Assembly: GCA_963976765.1 (NCBI GenBank)
Contig: CAXBME010000022.1
Coordinates: 1-64,000, forward strand
Source of the DNA: an uncultured Planctomycetaceae bacterium
GTDB taxonomy: Bacteria > Planctomycetota > Planctomycetia > Planctomycetales > Planctomycetaceae
Reading direction: 5' to 3'
Length of the DNA: 64,000 bases
The notes below the pieces were generated by a model. It worked only from the letters and a program-made list of their open reading frames with translations. It was not told the DNA's origin and made no database searches. Each line of letters opens with the position of its first letter. Position 1 is the stretch's first letter. The translations under genes were made by a program, and so were the position numbers. This document shows positions 47,314 through 59,800 of the stretch, in pieces.

Positions 47314-47928
47314 TTACCACCAGTCAAGCACCGGAGTTCCCTGCGGAGCGGCGTACATCCAGCCTCCGGTCAGCAGGTGAAACAGTCCGGTTGGCTTCGG
47401 CAGGATCGCACGCAGCGCGACGTAACCGGTAAACGTGCACAGCGCCAATGCAGCCACTCGCTGACAGTTTGCCGTGTCCTTCTTCGACGACCGAAACAGG
47501 CACGCTGCGCCGCCAAGCCAGATCGCCAGCACGAACAGATCAAGATACTCGATCAGACTGAAGCAGAGTTCGTAAGAGTCCACTGGCCAGAACGGCTGAA
47601 TGCCCCACCAGTAAAGCGAGTCCGTGATGCAGTGCGCGACCGCTGCCAGCAGCGACCATCGAAAAAGCAGGCCAAAGTTCCGCAGCTTCAACGCCACACT
47701 TCCGGCAGCCGAACTCACAGCCGCGATGACAATCACAGAAAGAACGCTGTGCCCCAGCGCGTGGTGCAGGTTCCAGAAATACTGATCGCCAAACAGCTTC
47801 GCAGCCGTGTCCAGATCCGGAGCGATTCCAGCCGCCACCACAACCAGCACGCCGCGAAGCCCCAGTCGCTGCCGAACTCCGAGTTCCGCAATCATCAGTG
47901 AGCAAATCACATGTTCGGGCAACGTCAT
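47314..47928 (-). CDS. Inner-membrane metal-dependent hydrolase (YdjM-like)
   Basis: H near the N-terminus, APDLD, HHALGHS, AHCITD. Confidence 0.75.
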   Translation of the reverse strand: MTLPEHVICSLMIAELGVRQRLGLRGVLVVVAAGIAPDLDTAAKLFGDQYFWNLHHALGHSVLSVIVIAAVSSAAGSVALKLRNFGLLFRWSLLAAVAHCITDSLYWWGIQPFWPVDSYELCFSLIEYLDLFVLAIWLGGAACLFRSSKKDTANCQRVAALALCTFTGYVALRAILPKPTGLFHLLTGGWMYAAPQGTPVLDWW

Positions 47929-47937
47929 TCGACGCGC

Positions 47938-48609
47938 TCATTTCTTTCGAGGTCGTGAATTCACAGCCGCAACCGCGTCCAGGTCAAATCCCGCTGAGCC
48001 GTCATTCCCGCCGAAACTCTGCACGTCCGTAATCCGAACAAAGCGAACGACCTTCAGGCCGAGTTGCTTTAAGTCGAAATGATCTCCGCCAGCTTTCTGC
48101 ACGTCAGTTGGTGAAATCTCATTTTTCTCTGAGTTTGCCAGAACCGGCCTGTAACCGGCACAGTTTTCTTTCGACGCGGTGTCGTACGAAAATTCATGCC
48201 AGATGACTCCGTCGAAACTGACTTCGACTTTGCCCAGTTCGAAAAATCCGTAATCCGGATCGTTGCCCGGTTCCGCGAGGAATGGATTTTCGAAGACGAT
48301 CAGGTCCGGCCCTTTGCCGTCGACGACTTCGTTATCGACAAACTCCAGAGTGATGACGCCACCTTTGCCGAGTGAAAACACATCCTTGCCGGCCATCAGT
48401 TTTCCGCCGCCTTTCGGAGGCCCAAGCACAATCCCGGGAAGCTTGTCCTCGCCCTGCCCGCCGCCTGAGCCAATCTGGTAAGAAACAACACGATCGACAA
48501 ACGGCGTCGGTTTCTTCGATTCCGGCTTTTCGTCAGCGACTGTCGTCCATCCACCACCGAACAGACTTCCCAGCACCAGCGCAAAGACGATCGTTGAGTA
48601 GTTCTTCAA
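47938..48609 (-). CDS. Secreted cell-surface protein
   Basis: Signal peptide; LGPP, SLGKGG, DGKGPDLIVFENPF, GGDHFDL, GFDLDAV. Confidence 0.75.
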   Translation of the reverse strand: MKNYSTIVFALVLGSLFGGGWTTVADEKPESKKPTPFVDRVVSYQIGSGGGQGEDKLPGIVLGPPKGGGKLMAGKDVFSLGKGGVITLEFVDNEVVDGKGPDLIVFENPFLAEPGNDPDYGFFELGKVEVSFDGVIWHEFSYDTASKENCAGYRPVLANSEKNEISPTDVQKAGGDHFDLKQLGLKVVRFVRITDVQSFGGNDGSAGFDLDAVAAVNSRPRKK

Positions 48610-48721
48610 GAGAGCGTTCCTTCAGACGGTGAAGCAAGGTGGAGATTCACTGACAGGGTCGGTATGAAACCTGTCAATTTCTCAACGGCCTCCGGCGACC
48701 AGCAAACCTCAAGGCTTGATT

Positions 48722-49483
48722 ATGGCAACGACCCACTCCGATTCACAGCAGCCTCTGGCGGGACAGGTTGCGATTATCACAGGCGGCGGAAGAGGAATCG
48801 GTCGAGCTGTCGCCATCGCTTATGCAGAAGCCGGAGCCTGCGTCTGCGTGACGGCTCGCACGTCATCAGAAATCGACAACGTCGCTGCCGAAATCTCGCA
48901 GGCTGGCGGTCGATCGATCGCCATCACCTGCGACGTTTCCGATCGAGCGTCGGTCGAATCGATGGTCGAACGAACGATCAGCGAGTTCGGTCGCCTCGAC
49001 ATCCTGATGAACAACGCGGGCGGCGGCCTCGAACGAACGCTGGTCGGAGAAGACGATCCCGATGTCTGGCAACGCGTAGTCGAGATCAACCTGCTCGGCA
49101 CCTACTTCTGCACTCGCGCCGCCTTGCCGTACCTCAAAGCCGACGGCGGTGGAAAAATCATCAACGTTGGTTCCGGAATGGGTCATCAGCCGCGTGCAAA
49201 GAACAGTTCCTACAACGTGTCCAAGGCTGGCGTATGGATGCTGACCCGGTGCCTGGCTCTGGAACTCTGGGAAGCCGGCGTGGCTGTCAACGAGCTGATC
49301 CCTGGCCCGGTCTACACGGATCTGACGGCAGACATCTTTCCGAAAGACCAGGCCCATCCGGCCATATCCAGCGAATGGGTCAAAGCTCCTGAAGACATCG
49401 TCCCGCTGGCTCTGATGCTGGCAACTCAGTCTGACAAAGGTCCGACGGGGCAATCGTTCAGCCTTGCTCGGCGCCCGCTGTAA
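48722..49483 (+). CDS. SDR family oxidoreductase
   Basis: TGGGRGIG, NNAG, YNVSK. Confidence 0.93.
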   Translation: MATTHSDSQQPLAGQVAIITGGGRGIGRAVAIAYAEAGACVCVTARTSSEIDNVAAEISQAGGRSIAITCDVSDRASVESMVERTISEFGRLDILMNNAGGGLERTLVGEDDPDVWQRVVEINLLGTYFCTRAALPYLKADGGGKIINVGSGMGHQPRAKNSSYNVSKAGVWMLTRCLALELWEAGVAVNELIPGPVYTDLTADIFPKDQAHPAISSEWVKAPEDIVPLALMLATQSDKGPTGQSFSLARRPL

Positions 49484-50276
49484 GGCCTGATCGAGTCGTG
49501 CGTTGCCGATGAATTTCGTAAAGCACGATGCCGGTCGACACGGCCGCATTTAACGATTCAAAGCCGGTTGCCTGAGGAATCGTCACCAGCTCATCGCAGC
49601 GTTCGAGTAAATCTTCGCTGACTCCCGCGCCTTCGTTGCCAATGACAACGGCCAGAGGCTGAGTGCAGTCAAGCTGGTCGATCCGTTGCTCAGCGCGCGG
49701 TGAAGTCGCGACCGTTCGAACTCCTGCGGCTTTCAATCGGTCAGAAGTTTCAACCAGGCTTTCCGTTCGAGCAATCTTCAACCGGTTGATCGCGCCGGCT
49801 GAACTGCGAGCCACCTGACTGTTAACTTCTGCCTGGCCAGTTTCCGCAACGAAGATCCCATCGACGCCAAAGACACCGGCACTTCGACAAACCGATCCAA
49901 AGTTAAACGGATCCTGCAGACTGTCGAGAACCAGAAACAGCGCTGGCGTCCCGGCCTGCTCGACCACATTCTCGACCGACCGGTACGGAAAGAGCGGCAT
50001 CCGAGCGATCACGCCCTGATGGTCTCTCGCACCGCAAAGCTGAGTGACACGTTCGTGCGGAACAATCTCAAAAGGAACCTGCAGGACCGACGCCGCAGCG
50101 ACGAGCTGTTTCACGACGTCTTCGGCGAGCTGCTCAGACAGGACCAGTTCGTTCGGCAGCCACCGACCGGCTTCCAGTGTCTCGATAATGGCGTTGCGCC
50201 CGTAAAGCCACGACTTCTGATGGTTGCCCATCATGGCTTTCTTCGATCGTTGTTTTTTTCGACGCTGACCGACCAT
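49458..50276 (-). CDS. SpoU/TrmH family RNA 2'-O-methyltransferase (RlmB-like)
   Basis: YGRNAI, HQGV, LDSLQDPFNFG, GNEGAG, SLNAAVS. Confidence 0.88.
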   Translation of the reverse strand: MVGQRRKKQRSKKAMMGNHQKSWLYGRNAIIETLEAGRWLPNELVLSEQLAEDVVKQLVAAASVLQVPFEIVPHERVTQLCGARDHQGVIARMPLFPYRSVENVVEQAGTPALFLVLDSLQDPFNFGSVCRSAGVFGVDGIFVAETGQAEVNSQVARSSAGAINRLKIARTESLVETSDRLKAAGVRTVATSPRAEQRIDQLDCTQPLAVVIGNEGAGVSEDLLERCDELVTIPQATGFESLNAAVSTGIVLYEIHRQRTTRSGLTAGAEQG

Positions 50277-50371
50277 GAAAGTTGAACAATCGAAACTTGA
50301 ACCCGGAATGCAGAATTCGATCTGCAGAAATTGCAACGAACAATGGCAACTGTCGAACGGCGGCGAAGCGG

Positions 50372-51946
50372 CTACCTGTTCGGACTGATTGTGCGAATCA
50401 GCGGGTCTCGGCTTCCGTCGAGCAGCCGAACCTGAACCGGACCGTTGGCATTCGCAACGGCTTTGAAGAATTGCTGCGGTGTTTCGACATTCGAACCGTG
50501 AGCTTCCGTCAGCAGGTCACCTTCGCGAAGTCCGGCGATATCGGCCGGACTGCCTGGTTCAACCCGGTCGACAACAACCGCTCGCGGGTAAGGACGATCG
50601 AAATCGAAGTGTCGGGTGCGCGACGTTGGCCAGTCGATCTTCAGGCCACGCCAGAGCGGGTATCGCTCGTTCGAGACGATGATCCGGTCGACATTTCGTT
50701 GAGGCCACTTGGCCAACGGAACGGACACGACCGTTTCTTTGCCACTTTTCGACCGAATAATTCGCAGTCGACTGGTCGAACCTGGGGCAAGCAGACCGAC
50801 CTCTCTGAGAATGTCAACAGGCTCGAATATCGGAACGCCGCTAATGGCGAGGACGATGTCGTTCTGGCGAAGTCCTGCACGGAAAGCCGGTGAGTCCGAG
50901 ACAACGTTACCGATCGAAACGCCGCGGGTTTCCCGCATCACACTGCCGAAAAAAGATCTCACATCTTCAGATTTCCCTGGGACCACGCCCAGGAATCCGT
51001 ACTCAACTTCGTAACCTCGCAGCAGGTCTTCAACAATTCGACGCAGGGAAGTGTTGAGCGGGACGGCGTAACCAACCGTAGTTTCATAACCTTCCAGAGC
51101 AGCCAGCGACGTGGTCATCCCGATCAGATCGCCGTCACGGTTAAGCAGTGCTCCACCGCTGGCACCCGGCCCAAGTCGAGTGTCGACATGCAGCAGCGTT
51201 CCAAAATGGTGAATGGTTTCCTGATCAATCGTTGTCTCTGGAAACGGAAACCGTGAGATGTTGCTGATCATCCCGAGACTAACACTCGGTGAACCGTCAC
51301 GGGCGATCGCGTAAGGATTTCCCAGCGAGATCACAAACTGACCCTTGCGAACCTGCGCGTCATCGGCGAGCTGAAGCACCGGAATGTCCGCCGGAGCCGA
51401 TTCGATATCGGCAGGATCAAACGCGAGAACAGCCAGGTCACTGCGAGGATCGGCGGCGTAGATCGTCGCCCAGGCCGCCAGAGTCCGACTGAAGCGAACA
51501 GCGATCCGACTCTCTGACCGAATGATTCCGTCGTTGCGAAACGGCTGGCCTCCCTGGACCACGTGATAGTTCGTCAGAATGAACCGCTGCTGTGGGTTAT
51601 CTGGCGAAGCCATCAGAATCCCCGTTCCTGGATTCTTCGGGATGAATCCGGAATCAAGCGGGCCGACCATCTGCAGGTCCATGCGCCGACCGAACAGATC
51701 GCGTGCCGACTGTCGTTCCAATGGCTCAGGAGCGATGGGAATCCGGGCAATGGCAACGATTGAACCTTCGGCTTTCTCGACAACGTCCGAAATCGAGTTC
51801 TCAATCGCTGCAAAGATGTCAGCAGCACTTTGAGCTGAAGCTGGCTCAGCGCCTGAAAGAATCATCGCCAGAATGACGAAGCCCGGACGAGCGTACCAAT
51901 GTTGCCGAACAGCCAACGAGTCAGGTGCTGTCCGAAACTGTGCCAC
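50372..51946 (-). CDS. HtrA/DegP-like trypsin protease with two PDZ domains
   Basis: TNYHVV, SDLAV, GASGG triad motifs; two SPA..AGL..D PDZ motifs; start uncertain. Confidence 0.88.
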   Translation of the reverse strand: MAQFRTAPDSLAVRQHWYARPGFVILAMILSGAEPASAQSAADIFAAIENSISDVVEKAEGSIVAIARIPIAPEPLERQSARDLFGRRMDLQMVGPLDSGFIPKNPGTGILMASPDNPQQRFILTNYHVVQGGQPFRNDGIIRSESRIAVRFSRTLAAWATIYAADPRSDLAVLAFDPADIESAPADIPVLQLADDAQVRKGQFVISLGNPYAIARDGSPSVSLGMISNISRFPFPETTIDQETIHHFGTLLHVDTRLGPGASGGALLNRDGDLIGMTTSLAALEGYETTVGYAVPLNTSLRRIVEDLLRGYEVEYGFLGVVPGKSEDVRSFFGSVMRETRGVSIGNVVSDSPAFRAGLRQNDIVLAISGVPIFEPVDILREVGLLAPGSTSRLRIIRSKSGKETVVSVPLAKWPQRNVDRIIVSNERYPLWRGLKIDWPTSRTRHFDFDRPYPRAVVVDRVEPGSPADIAGLREGDLLTEAHGSNVETPQQFFKAVANANGPVQVRLLDGSRDPLIRTISPNR

Positions 51947-52143
51947 GTCGTACCCTTCTCGAAAACAGATTCTACAAAACCGCTGCAGTCCAAAGGGTGC
52001 ATCTCGACACACCTCATGCACTTCGTTCCACAAACGAAGACGAGCCGACGCGGGAGCGAATGGCTCGCCGCGTCGGCTCATTACTTTTACCCAGAATCAA
52101 TGGCTGAATCGACCCTCAACTGGAACAGAAGGTCAAACCCGGA

Positions 52144-53211
52144 TTACTCGGCTTCTTCCTGTGCCGGTTCTTCGGACGGCTTCAGCAGATCTTCGTGGCC
52201 GCGTGCAACCAGAATTTTGGCCTTAATTTCTTCGACGAGTTCAGGATTCTCTTCCAGGAAAATGCGAGCCTTATCGCGCCCCTGCCCAAGTCGCGTTTCT
52301 CCGTAGCTGAACCAGGCACCGCTCTTCTGGACAATTCGATCTTCCACACCCATGTCGATCAGGTCGCCGACCAGACTGATTCCGCATCGGCTCAGCATGT
52401 CGAACTCGGCGACTCTGAATGGAGGGGCGACCTTATTTTTAACAATTTTCGCCTTCATCCGAATCCCGATCGCTTCATCGCCGTCTTTTAACGTCGCGAT
52501 ACGACGAACGTCGACTCGAGCCGAACTGTAGAACTTTAACGCGCGACCACCAGGAGTCGTTTCCGGGCTGCCAAACATCACCCCGATCTTCTCTCGAATC
52601 TGGTTGATGAAGATAACGGTGGTCTTTGATTTCGCGATGGCTCCAGTGAGCTTCCGCATGGCCTGGCTCATCATGCGGGCCTGCAGACCAACGTGCGTGT
52701 CGCCGATTTCACCGTCAAGTTCCGCCTTCGGAACCAGTGCCGCCACCGAGTCCACCACAATGATGTCAACAGCGTTCGACTTGATGAGCATTTCGGCAAT
52801 GGCCAGCGCTTCTTCACCGTACGATGGCTGGCTGACGAGCAGGTCTTCAAGATTCACTCCCAGCCGCTTCGCCCATGACGGATCAAGCGCGTGTTCGGCA
52901 TCGACGAAGGCGGCGATGCCTCCGGCTTTCTGAGCACTGGCGATCGCGTGTAGAGCCAGGGTTGTTTTGCCGCTGGACTCTGGTCCGAAAAGTTCGATGA
53001 TTCGACCGCGAGGAAATCCGTAACCGCCCAACGCAAGGTCCAGCGAAAGAGCCCCCGTCGAGATCCCCGAAATCGCCTGCGAACGTTCGTCCGAGAGTTT
53101 CATGATGGAGCCCTGACCGAATGCTTTCTCGATCAGCCCCAGTGTGTTCGTCAGATTTACCGGGCCTTCTGGCTCTGCCTGCTGCTTGCGTGACGATTTC
53201 TTCAGGGCCAT
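52144..53211 (-). CDS. recA: Recombinase RecA
   Basis: [44 protein letters not shown]. Confidence 0.98.
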   Translation of the reverse strand: MALKKSSRKQQAEPEGPVNLTNTLGLIEKAFGQGSIMKLSDERSQAISGISTGALSLDLALGGYGFPRGRIIELFGPESSGKTTLALHAIASAQKAGGIAAFVDAEHALDPSWAKRLGVNLEDLLVSQPSYGEEALAIAEMLIKSNAVDIIVVDSVAALVPKAELDGEIGDTHVGLQARMMSQAMRKLTGAIAKSKTTVIFINQIREKIGVMFGSPETTPGGRALKFYSSARVDVRRIATLKDGDEAIGIRMKAKIVKNKVAPPFRVAEFDMLSRCGISLVGDLIDMGVEDRIVQKSGAWFSYGETRLGQGRDKARIFLEENPELVEEIKAKILVARGHEDLLKPSEEPAQEEAE

Positions 53212-53761
53212 GCGTCGACTTCCTTCCATTCTGTCTGAGAATAAAACCGCGTCCTGGCGTGGCTGGTCGGCCACAACGAAACCAATCCTGTCGACTCTTA
53301 TCGACGCTCACAAGATTGGTGGAGACTGCTGTTTCGACGTTTTCCTTCAGGTAGGACAACAGTCTGTCCCACCTGGTTGAGAAGTGACCTCACAGCCAGC
53401 ATTGTTGCGTGAGGCGCTACGTCCACTTCATGAAAACGATTGTTCCAGAGACTCTAAACAAGAGCCGATTTGCAGAAAAGGGCTGGCTAAAAAATAACAG
53501 ACAATTCATAGCGACTATGGCCGAGTATTTCAGTTCTCAGCGATCGCTCAGTTGCAGAAACCTCCCGGTCAGCCAAAGTAGCATGAGCGATTGCAATCAT
53601 CTGATCATCTGGTGGACAACTTCGGATAACCAGGTGATCTCGTTCGGAAGCTCAGACCGGATTGTGTACCACCGACCTGGCCAGTGGCACGCAACTGAAA
53701 GACGCGTCATTCCTGTTCTGAGCGAGAGCACTTTGACAATCGACACCGAGAAAGAATCACC

Positions 53762-55255
53762 ATGAATCGACTCGCCAATCTCGCAGCCCATTTCCGCCTG
53801 AACGTTCAATCGCCTCTGACGCTGATCGCGGTTGGAATTGTTTTTGTGTTGGCAATCTCCACCGAAGCAAAGGCTAAGAATCAATCAGCCACCAAGCCGC
53901 ACATCGTCTTCTTCTTCATTGACGACATGGGCTGGACCGACGTCGGATTCATGGGCAGCGACAATCACGAAACGCCAAACATCGACCGCCTTGCTTCCGA
54001 AGGCCTTGTCTTTACCGATGCCTATGCGTGTGCTCCGAATTGTGCTCCCAGTCGAGCGTGCCTGATGTCCGGCCAGTACACCCCTCGACACGGAATCTAC
54101 ACCGTCGGTGATCCTGAACGAGGCAATCACGCTCAGCGGAAACTCAACCCGACCCCGAACAAGACCGTGCTTGACGACAAGTTCATCACGATTGCCGAAG
54201 CACTTCACACGAGCGGTTATATCAGTGCGTCGATGGGCAAGTGGCACCTCGGAGCCGACCCGACGACGCAGGGCTTCGACGTCAACATTGCCGGCAAAGA
54301 ATGGGGCAGCCCCAGCGGCGGCGGATACCACAGTCCGTACAACTATCCAAACCTCGTTAACAAGGAACCCGGCGAGTACCTCACCGACCGACTGACCGCT
54401 GAAGCCTGTCGGTTCATTGAGGACAATCAGGACGGCCCGTTCTTTCTTTACCTGACTCACTACGCAGTTCATACGCCGATCCAGGGACGCGAGGATCTGG
54501 TTAATAAGTACAAGGCCAAACCAACACCCAAACACCACAAAAATGCAGCGTACGCGGCGATGGTCGAAAGCGTCGATCACAGTGTCCGCGATGTGCTGGC
54601 AAAACTGGATGAACTCGAACTGGCCGACGAAACCATCGTGCTGTTCTTTTCGGACAACGGAGGCTTTCTCGGCGCGACATCGAATCATCCGCTGCGAGGC
54701 GGTAAAGGCATGCTCTACGAAGGCGGCATCCGCGAACCGATGATCGTCCGCTGGCCCGGTGTGACAAAGCCAGGAACGAAATGCGAAGAGCCAGTGATTG
54801 GCATCGACTTTTACCCGACGCTGCTCGACGTCACCGGGACAAAGCGCCCGGAAAACTACACACTCGACGGAGTCAGTTTCGCCCCGCTGCTGAGCTCGCC
54901 AGGTTCGTCGCTTGAACGCCCGGCGATCTTCTGGCACTTCCCGTGTTACCTGACCGGTTCCGGAGATCCCAGCGGCGGCCCCTTCCGAACAACTCCCGCC
55001 GGAGCCATCCGCATGGGCCGGTGGAAACTGATCGAATGGTTCGAAACCGGTCGCCAGGAACTCTACTACTTACACGACGATCTCGGCGAACAGGACGACC
55101 TCTCAAAATTGCACGAAGGCAAACGCAAAGAACTCCACGACGCGATGCTCGCCTGGCGAAGAGAAGTCAACGCCCCCGTCCCAACAACACCCAACCCGAA
55201 ATACGACCCGAGCAAAAAGTCCGGCATCGACAAGGGCAATCGAAAGAACCAGTAG
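53762..55255 (+). CDS. Cys-type sulfatase
   Basis: DDMG, CAPSR, GKWHLG, SDNG, YEGGIREP. Confidence 0.95.
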   Translation: MNRLANLAAHFRLNVQSPLTLIAVGIVFVLAISTEAKAKNQSATKPHIVFFFIDDMGWTDVGFMGSDNHETPNIDRLASEGLVFTDAYACAPNCAPSRACLMSGQYTPRHGIYTVGDPERGNHAQRKLNPTPNKTVLDDKFITIAEALHTSGYISASMGKWHLGADPTTQGFDVNIAGKEWGSPSGGGYHSPYNYPNLVNKEPGEYLTDRLTAEACRFIEDNQDGPFFLYLTHYAVHTPIQGREDLVNKYKAKPTPKHHKNAAYAAMVESVDHSVRDVLAKLDELELADETIVLFFSDNGGFLGATSNHPLRGGKGMLYEGGIREPMIVRWPGVTKPGTKCEEPVIGIDFYPTLLDVTGTKRPENYTLDGVSFAPLLSSPGSSLERPAIFWHFPCYLTGSGDPSGGPFRTTPAGAIRMGRWKLIEWFETGRQELYYLHDDLGEQDDLSKLHEGKRKELHDAMLAWRREVNAPVPTTPNPKYDPSKKSGIDKGNRKNQ

Positions 55256-55474
55256 CGATTTCGGCATTTCCGATAGCTGGCTGAAAATGAGCCGCCACTC
55301 GTAAAACTCAGAGCGGCTGGACTTTGAACGACGATCGAAACCGACGCACATCGGCGAGAATATTCGGCAGGGATGGCCAACGACTGCTATCGCCTTGCCC
55401 GATTAACGAAAGGCTCCAGTTCAGACTTCTACCCTGGCGCTTCTGCAAAGCGACTCTCCTGGCACCTTGCATGC

Positions 55475-56839
55475 CTAACCGTTCGCAAGTTCCTGCCAGA
55501 GATACGCGCTGGCGGCGGTGCCTCGATGAAAATCTTCGATACTGAAGTGCTCGTCGGGGCTGTGCAGGTTGTCGCTGTTCTGACCCCAGCCAAGAAGCAG
55601 CGTGTCAACTCCGAGGATTTCTTTGAAGCTGCCCACAACCGGGATCGAGCCGCCCTCACGCACCATCACTGGCACGCTGCCGAATGATTTTTCGATGGCC
55701 GATTTCGCCGCCGTCATGTACGGGCTGTTGAGATCCGCCACGCTGGCCGGGGCGCCGTGTTGCGATGCGAATTTGAATTTCAATCCGGGCTGAAGATTGT
55801 CGATCAGAAACTGCTTCAATGCTTCGGTCAGTTGATGAGGATCCTGATCAGGCACCAGGCGGCACGTGATCTTAGCCGTGGCCTTCGACGGGACGATCGT
55901 CTTCGGGCCTTCGCCCGAGTATCCGCCAAAGATGCCGTTGATGTCGCAGGTCGGACGTGCCCAGCGTCGTTCGTTGGACGAGAATCCAGCCTCGCCCCAC
56001 GGCGCGTCGGTACCAAGGTCTGCCAGCCATTCCGCTTCGTCGAACGGCAGCGCCGCAAACTGTGCGCGTTCTTCGTCAGTCAGCGCGATGACCGAATCGT
56101 AAAAACCGGGAATCTGAATCCGCCCCTGATCATCGTGCAGTTTGCCCATCAGCCGACACAGAGCGTTCACCGGATTGATGACCGCTCCGCCGAACGAACC
56201 GCTGTGCAGATCCCGGTTTGGTCCGGTGAGTGTCACTTCGCAGGCCAGGATGCCTCGCAGCCCGTAAGTGATGGCCGGGATACCCGGCGCGTACTGAGAA
56301 GAATCACTAACCACCGCGACGTCGCAGGCGAGTTTGTCTTTGTTCTGCTCAAGAAAGACGTCGAGGTTCTCGCTGCCGACTTCTTCTTCGCCCTCAATGA
56401 CGAACTTCACATTGACCGGCAGCGAACCGCGAACCTTCAGCCAGGAAGCAACAGACAAAACGTGAGTCCAGCATTGCCCCTTGTCGTCGGTCGCCCCACG
56501 AGCCCAAACGCAGCCATCACGAACGTCTGGTTCGAAAGCTGGCGTCGTCCACAGGTCCAGCGGATCGGGCGGCTGCACGTCGTAGTGCCCGTAAATCAGC
56601 ACCGTCGGAGCCCCCTCCGCCTGCAACCATTCGGCGTAGATAATCGGATGCCCTGGCGTGTCAATCGTCTCGACACTCAGTCCGGCACTCTGCAAAGCGT
56701 TGTGAACGAAAGCGGCGCCTTCAAGCATGTCTGCCGCGAATGCTGAATCAGCGCTGACGGTAGGAATTCGCAGCAACTCTTTAAGCTGCTCGAGGGCGGC
56801 GTCACGATTCTGATCAAGGTAGTCGATCACATCCTGCAT
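55475..56839 (-). CDS. M20 family dipeptidase
   Basis: [31 protein letters not shown]. Confidence 0.93.
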   Translation of the reverse strand: MQDVIDYLDQNRDAALEQLKELLRIPTVSADSAFAADMLEGAAFVHNALQSAGLSVETIDTPGHPIIYAEWLQAEGAPTVLIYGHYDVQPPDPLDLWTTPAFEPDVRDGCVWARGATDDKGQCWTHVLSVASWLKVRGSLPVNVKFVIEGEEEVGSENLDVFLEQNKDKLACDVAVVSDSSQYAPGIPAITYGLRGILACEVTLTGPNRDLHSGSFGGAVINPVNALCRLMGKLHDDQGRIQIPGFYDSVIALTDEERAQFAALPFDEAEWLADLGTDAPWGEAGFSSNERRWARPTCDINGIFGGYSGEGPKTIVPSKATAKITCRLVPDQDPHQLTEALKQFLIDNLQPGLKFKFASQHGAPASVADLNSPYMTAAKSAIEKSFGSVPVMVREGGSIPVVGSFKEILGVDTLLLGWGQNSDNLHSPDEHFSIEDFHRGTAASAYLWQELANG

Positions 56840-56843
56840 TCTG

Positions 56844-59800
56844 TCAATCCTTTGGTGAAACCGCAGCCGGCGGTTTTGTTGAATAGTCGAGTTGAATCAC
56901 TGTCTTTGCGAACCTTATTGACGCCTGCTTCTGCCGAGCATCACCGGTGCTGAAATAATTCAAAACCATCTCCTCGTCTCCCGCGTCGTCGCTCGTAAAG
57001 ATGGTTTGGCCGGTTCGAGTATCGAGAACGCGCAGCGGAAAATGCCGTCCCGACCGCGAGAATTCACCGTCAGGACGATCTGGACTCGACCAGCACGCCA
57101 GCACGACGAATGGCAACTGCGAAGGCTGTTTACCCGCCAGGTATTGTGGCTCGATATTCACCGACCAGATCAGCTTTCCCGTGCGGCGATCGATTCCGTA
57201 AGCCGGTCCTTCCACTTTGTCCTGCCCGGTTCCCTGCTGACTCAGCGGCCCGATCCTCGATTGAAATCCGCGCTGGGGAGTCGCGGAAAACAACACGTAC
57301 TCGGTGGGAGTTTCGTGCAGGAAGAACCGACCCGGAATCAGTTGCGCTTCGGCCTGCACATCAATGATGACTTCACCGGTCGACTGTTCGTGGACCAGAA
57401 TGCGGCCATCGGGGTGAAATTCGACAAGGCGATCCTCGTCCGCCGGACGGATCGATCCTTTGTTTGGAAACTCGTACTCCCAGGCCGTCTTCCCCGTGCG
57501 CATGTCGACGCGGCTGATGGTGTGAGTCGTTCCGCCATTCTGCCGAAGAATCAGATCCGTTCCGTAAGTTGTCAGCAGTCCGACCAGCGGGATCTCAAAA
57601 TGTTCCCGCATCAGCCTACCGGTTCGAAGGTTGAACAACTGGCAATGCCCACTGCCAACATGCACGACTGACAGGGCAGACTCGTCACCAAACACAATGG
57701 CATCCGGCGGGATGTTCTCTCTCGTCCAGGCGGTTTCGCCGGTCGTCGCGCTGACAACTCGCAACGTGGAGCCCGTTCGAAACACCAGGCTGTGAGAGTT
57801 GAGAAAATCGACCGAGCCAATCGGCGTACTACCGGAAATTAAGACCGGACTGCCGAGCAGATGCGTCTGCCTCATCTGAAGAAAGCCCTCGGTCTCGTGA
57901 CTGAGGAAAGCTCGCATCCAGAGTCGACGCGGCTGCGGTTCTCGAATGTCGAATACCGAGAACTCCGTGCCGGTCGAAACTGCCAGAAGGTGACCGCTGC
58001 TCAGGATTCGGCAGCTGCCATGCCGGCTCGTCGTCAGCAGTGGATCGCTGCCAAGTTGCTTGTCCGTCAACGTCCACAGTGGATTCCCAGACGGCGACAG
58101 GGCCGTCAAGCCATCCAGAGTCAGCTCAAATTCCCAGCCCCGGATAACCGGACTTCGACTGCCCAGAACGTCGACCAGGACTCGCCGATCGGCACTCAGG
58201 TGATGAGTCGCGGTTGTAATGAGAGGAGCATTGTCAGGCCAGTCGACAGCGACACTCGGCCTGGGCAGACGCTCTGCTGCAGCCGTCGCCACTTCACGGT
58301 CTGCGTGGCGTGAGAGACCTACCAGAAGCGACTCGATCTCCAGCGCATCCCGCTTCGCGTCAAGGCGATCAACGAGAGCGATGGCGGCATCCGCAAAAAG
58401 TTTGTGCCAGGAAAACAGCTCCAGCCAGACTCGCAGCGCAGCAGGATCGGCTTCAGATTTCGCCTGATCAAGGCGTGTGCGAATTCGCTGATCGAACACT
58501 TCGACATCGGCCTGGTCAGGATTCTGAGACAGGACCAGCTCGTACGCTGCCTGAAGTTGTGAGGCAACCCACACCGTCGAAGAAATCGCCAGCGGATCGG
58601 CGTGAACGATAAACGGTTGCCCCGTGGCCGGGTCGGTTCGAGGCGAATCGAGCATCAGATCGAAGGCGGGGACATAGCTGCCGCTGGCCAGCAAACTTTC
58701 AAAACGAACGGCATCCAGCGAGTTTCGCTGTACCGCGTTGAGGTCGGCTTTCGCCAGCACCTGCTTCGTCGTTTCGTCGAGTTCCTGCCCCTGACGCAGC
58801 TGCTCCAAAGCCTGTTCGAACAGCAGGTTCAATGCCGACTTCGCCGCCTTGTCCTGAACCGCCAGTTGCAGGTTGTGCAGACCTTCTTCGAGTTTTCCTT
58901 CATGCAGTCTGATTCTCGCTCGACTTTCCAGCACACTTGAGTCGTCAGGCTTCTGCTCAAGTTGTCGGGCCAGGCTGGCCTCGACTTTGAGCAATGATTC
59001 CAGAGCAACCACTGAATCAAATCGCTGAGTGAGAAGCTGCCCTTCATGCCCGACCAGGTTCCCCAGAGGCTGGCCGTCCGGCGTTGCCGACTCCGCCAGC
59101 AAACGACCGGCTTTCAAATCAATGGTGATCAGCCTGCCGGTTTTATCGAACGGCTTGTCTGCCGAATTTTCGTCGAGCAGCCATTCATCCTCGATCGACT
59201 CATCCTCGACGATCGTCGCGACCGGAAGATGAAACAGCGACCCCACCTGCAAACCTCTTCCAGTCGGCGTGCGCTGGTTTAAACGGACGATCCAGTGCAG
59301 CCCGCCGTCATCCAGATTGAGCGAACGGACGGCTGAGTCGTCGACAACAATGATCTGATGATCAATCGCGGCTCCGACGAACATGCCGCGGCCTCGAGGT
59401 TGCGTCCAGAGCGTGTCGCCCGACACGGCGTCCAGGCAGATCAACTGTTGCGAATCGAGCGGAGACATAACAACGCGTCCCGCCCGAACAATCACGGAAT
59501 CGTGACGCCATCGGTCGGACGATTCGACGTCGTCCGCATTTACTCGTTGCGGCACGTGAAAGATGCTTCGGGGAGCTGGCCGGGCGGCCATCATCGTGCG
59601 GTAGGTGCTGGTCCATGCCAGACGCTGTTGATCAGGATCGAACGCTGCGACCAGCCCGGCGATGGTCGGGCAGATGATCAATCCATCCGCCGGGCAGGGA
59701 CTGATTCCGCCGACCCGTCGCAGTCCTTCCTGACTGACTCCTGAGACGGCGGTGGCTACGGGCTGAACCCATTTGATTCGTCCTGATGCGGATTCCAGGC

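Noticed and set aside
53280..53760. SOS box or ncRNA upstream of recA
   Set aside because: Only a loose TGTT-N12-AACA at ~53441-53460; no convincing palindrome or RNA fold recognised.
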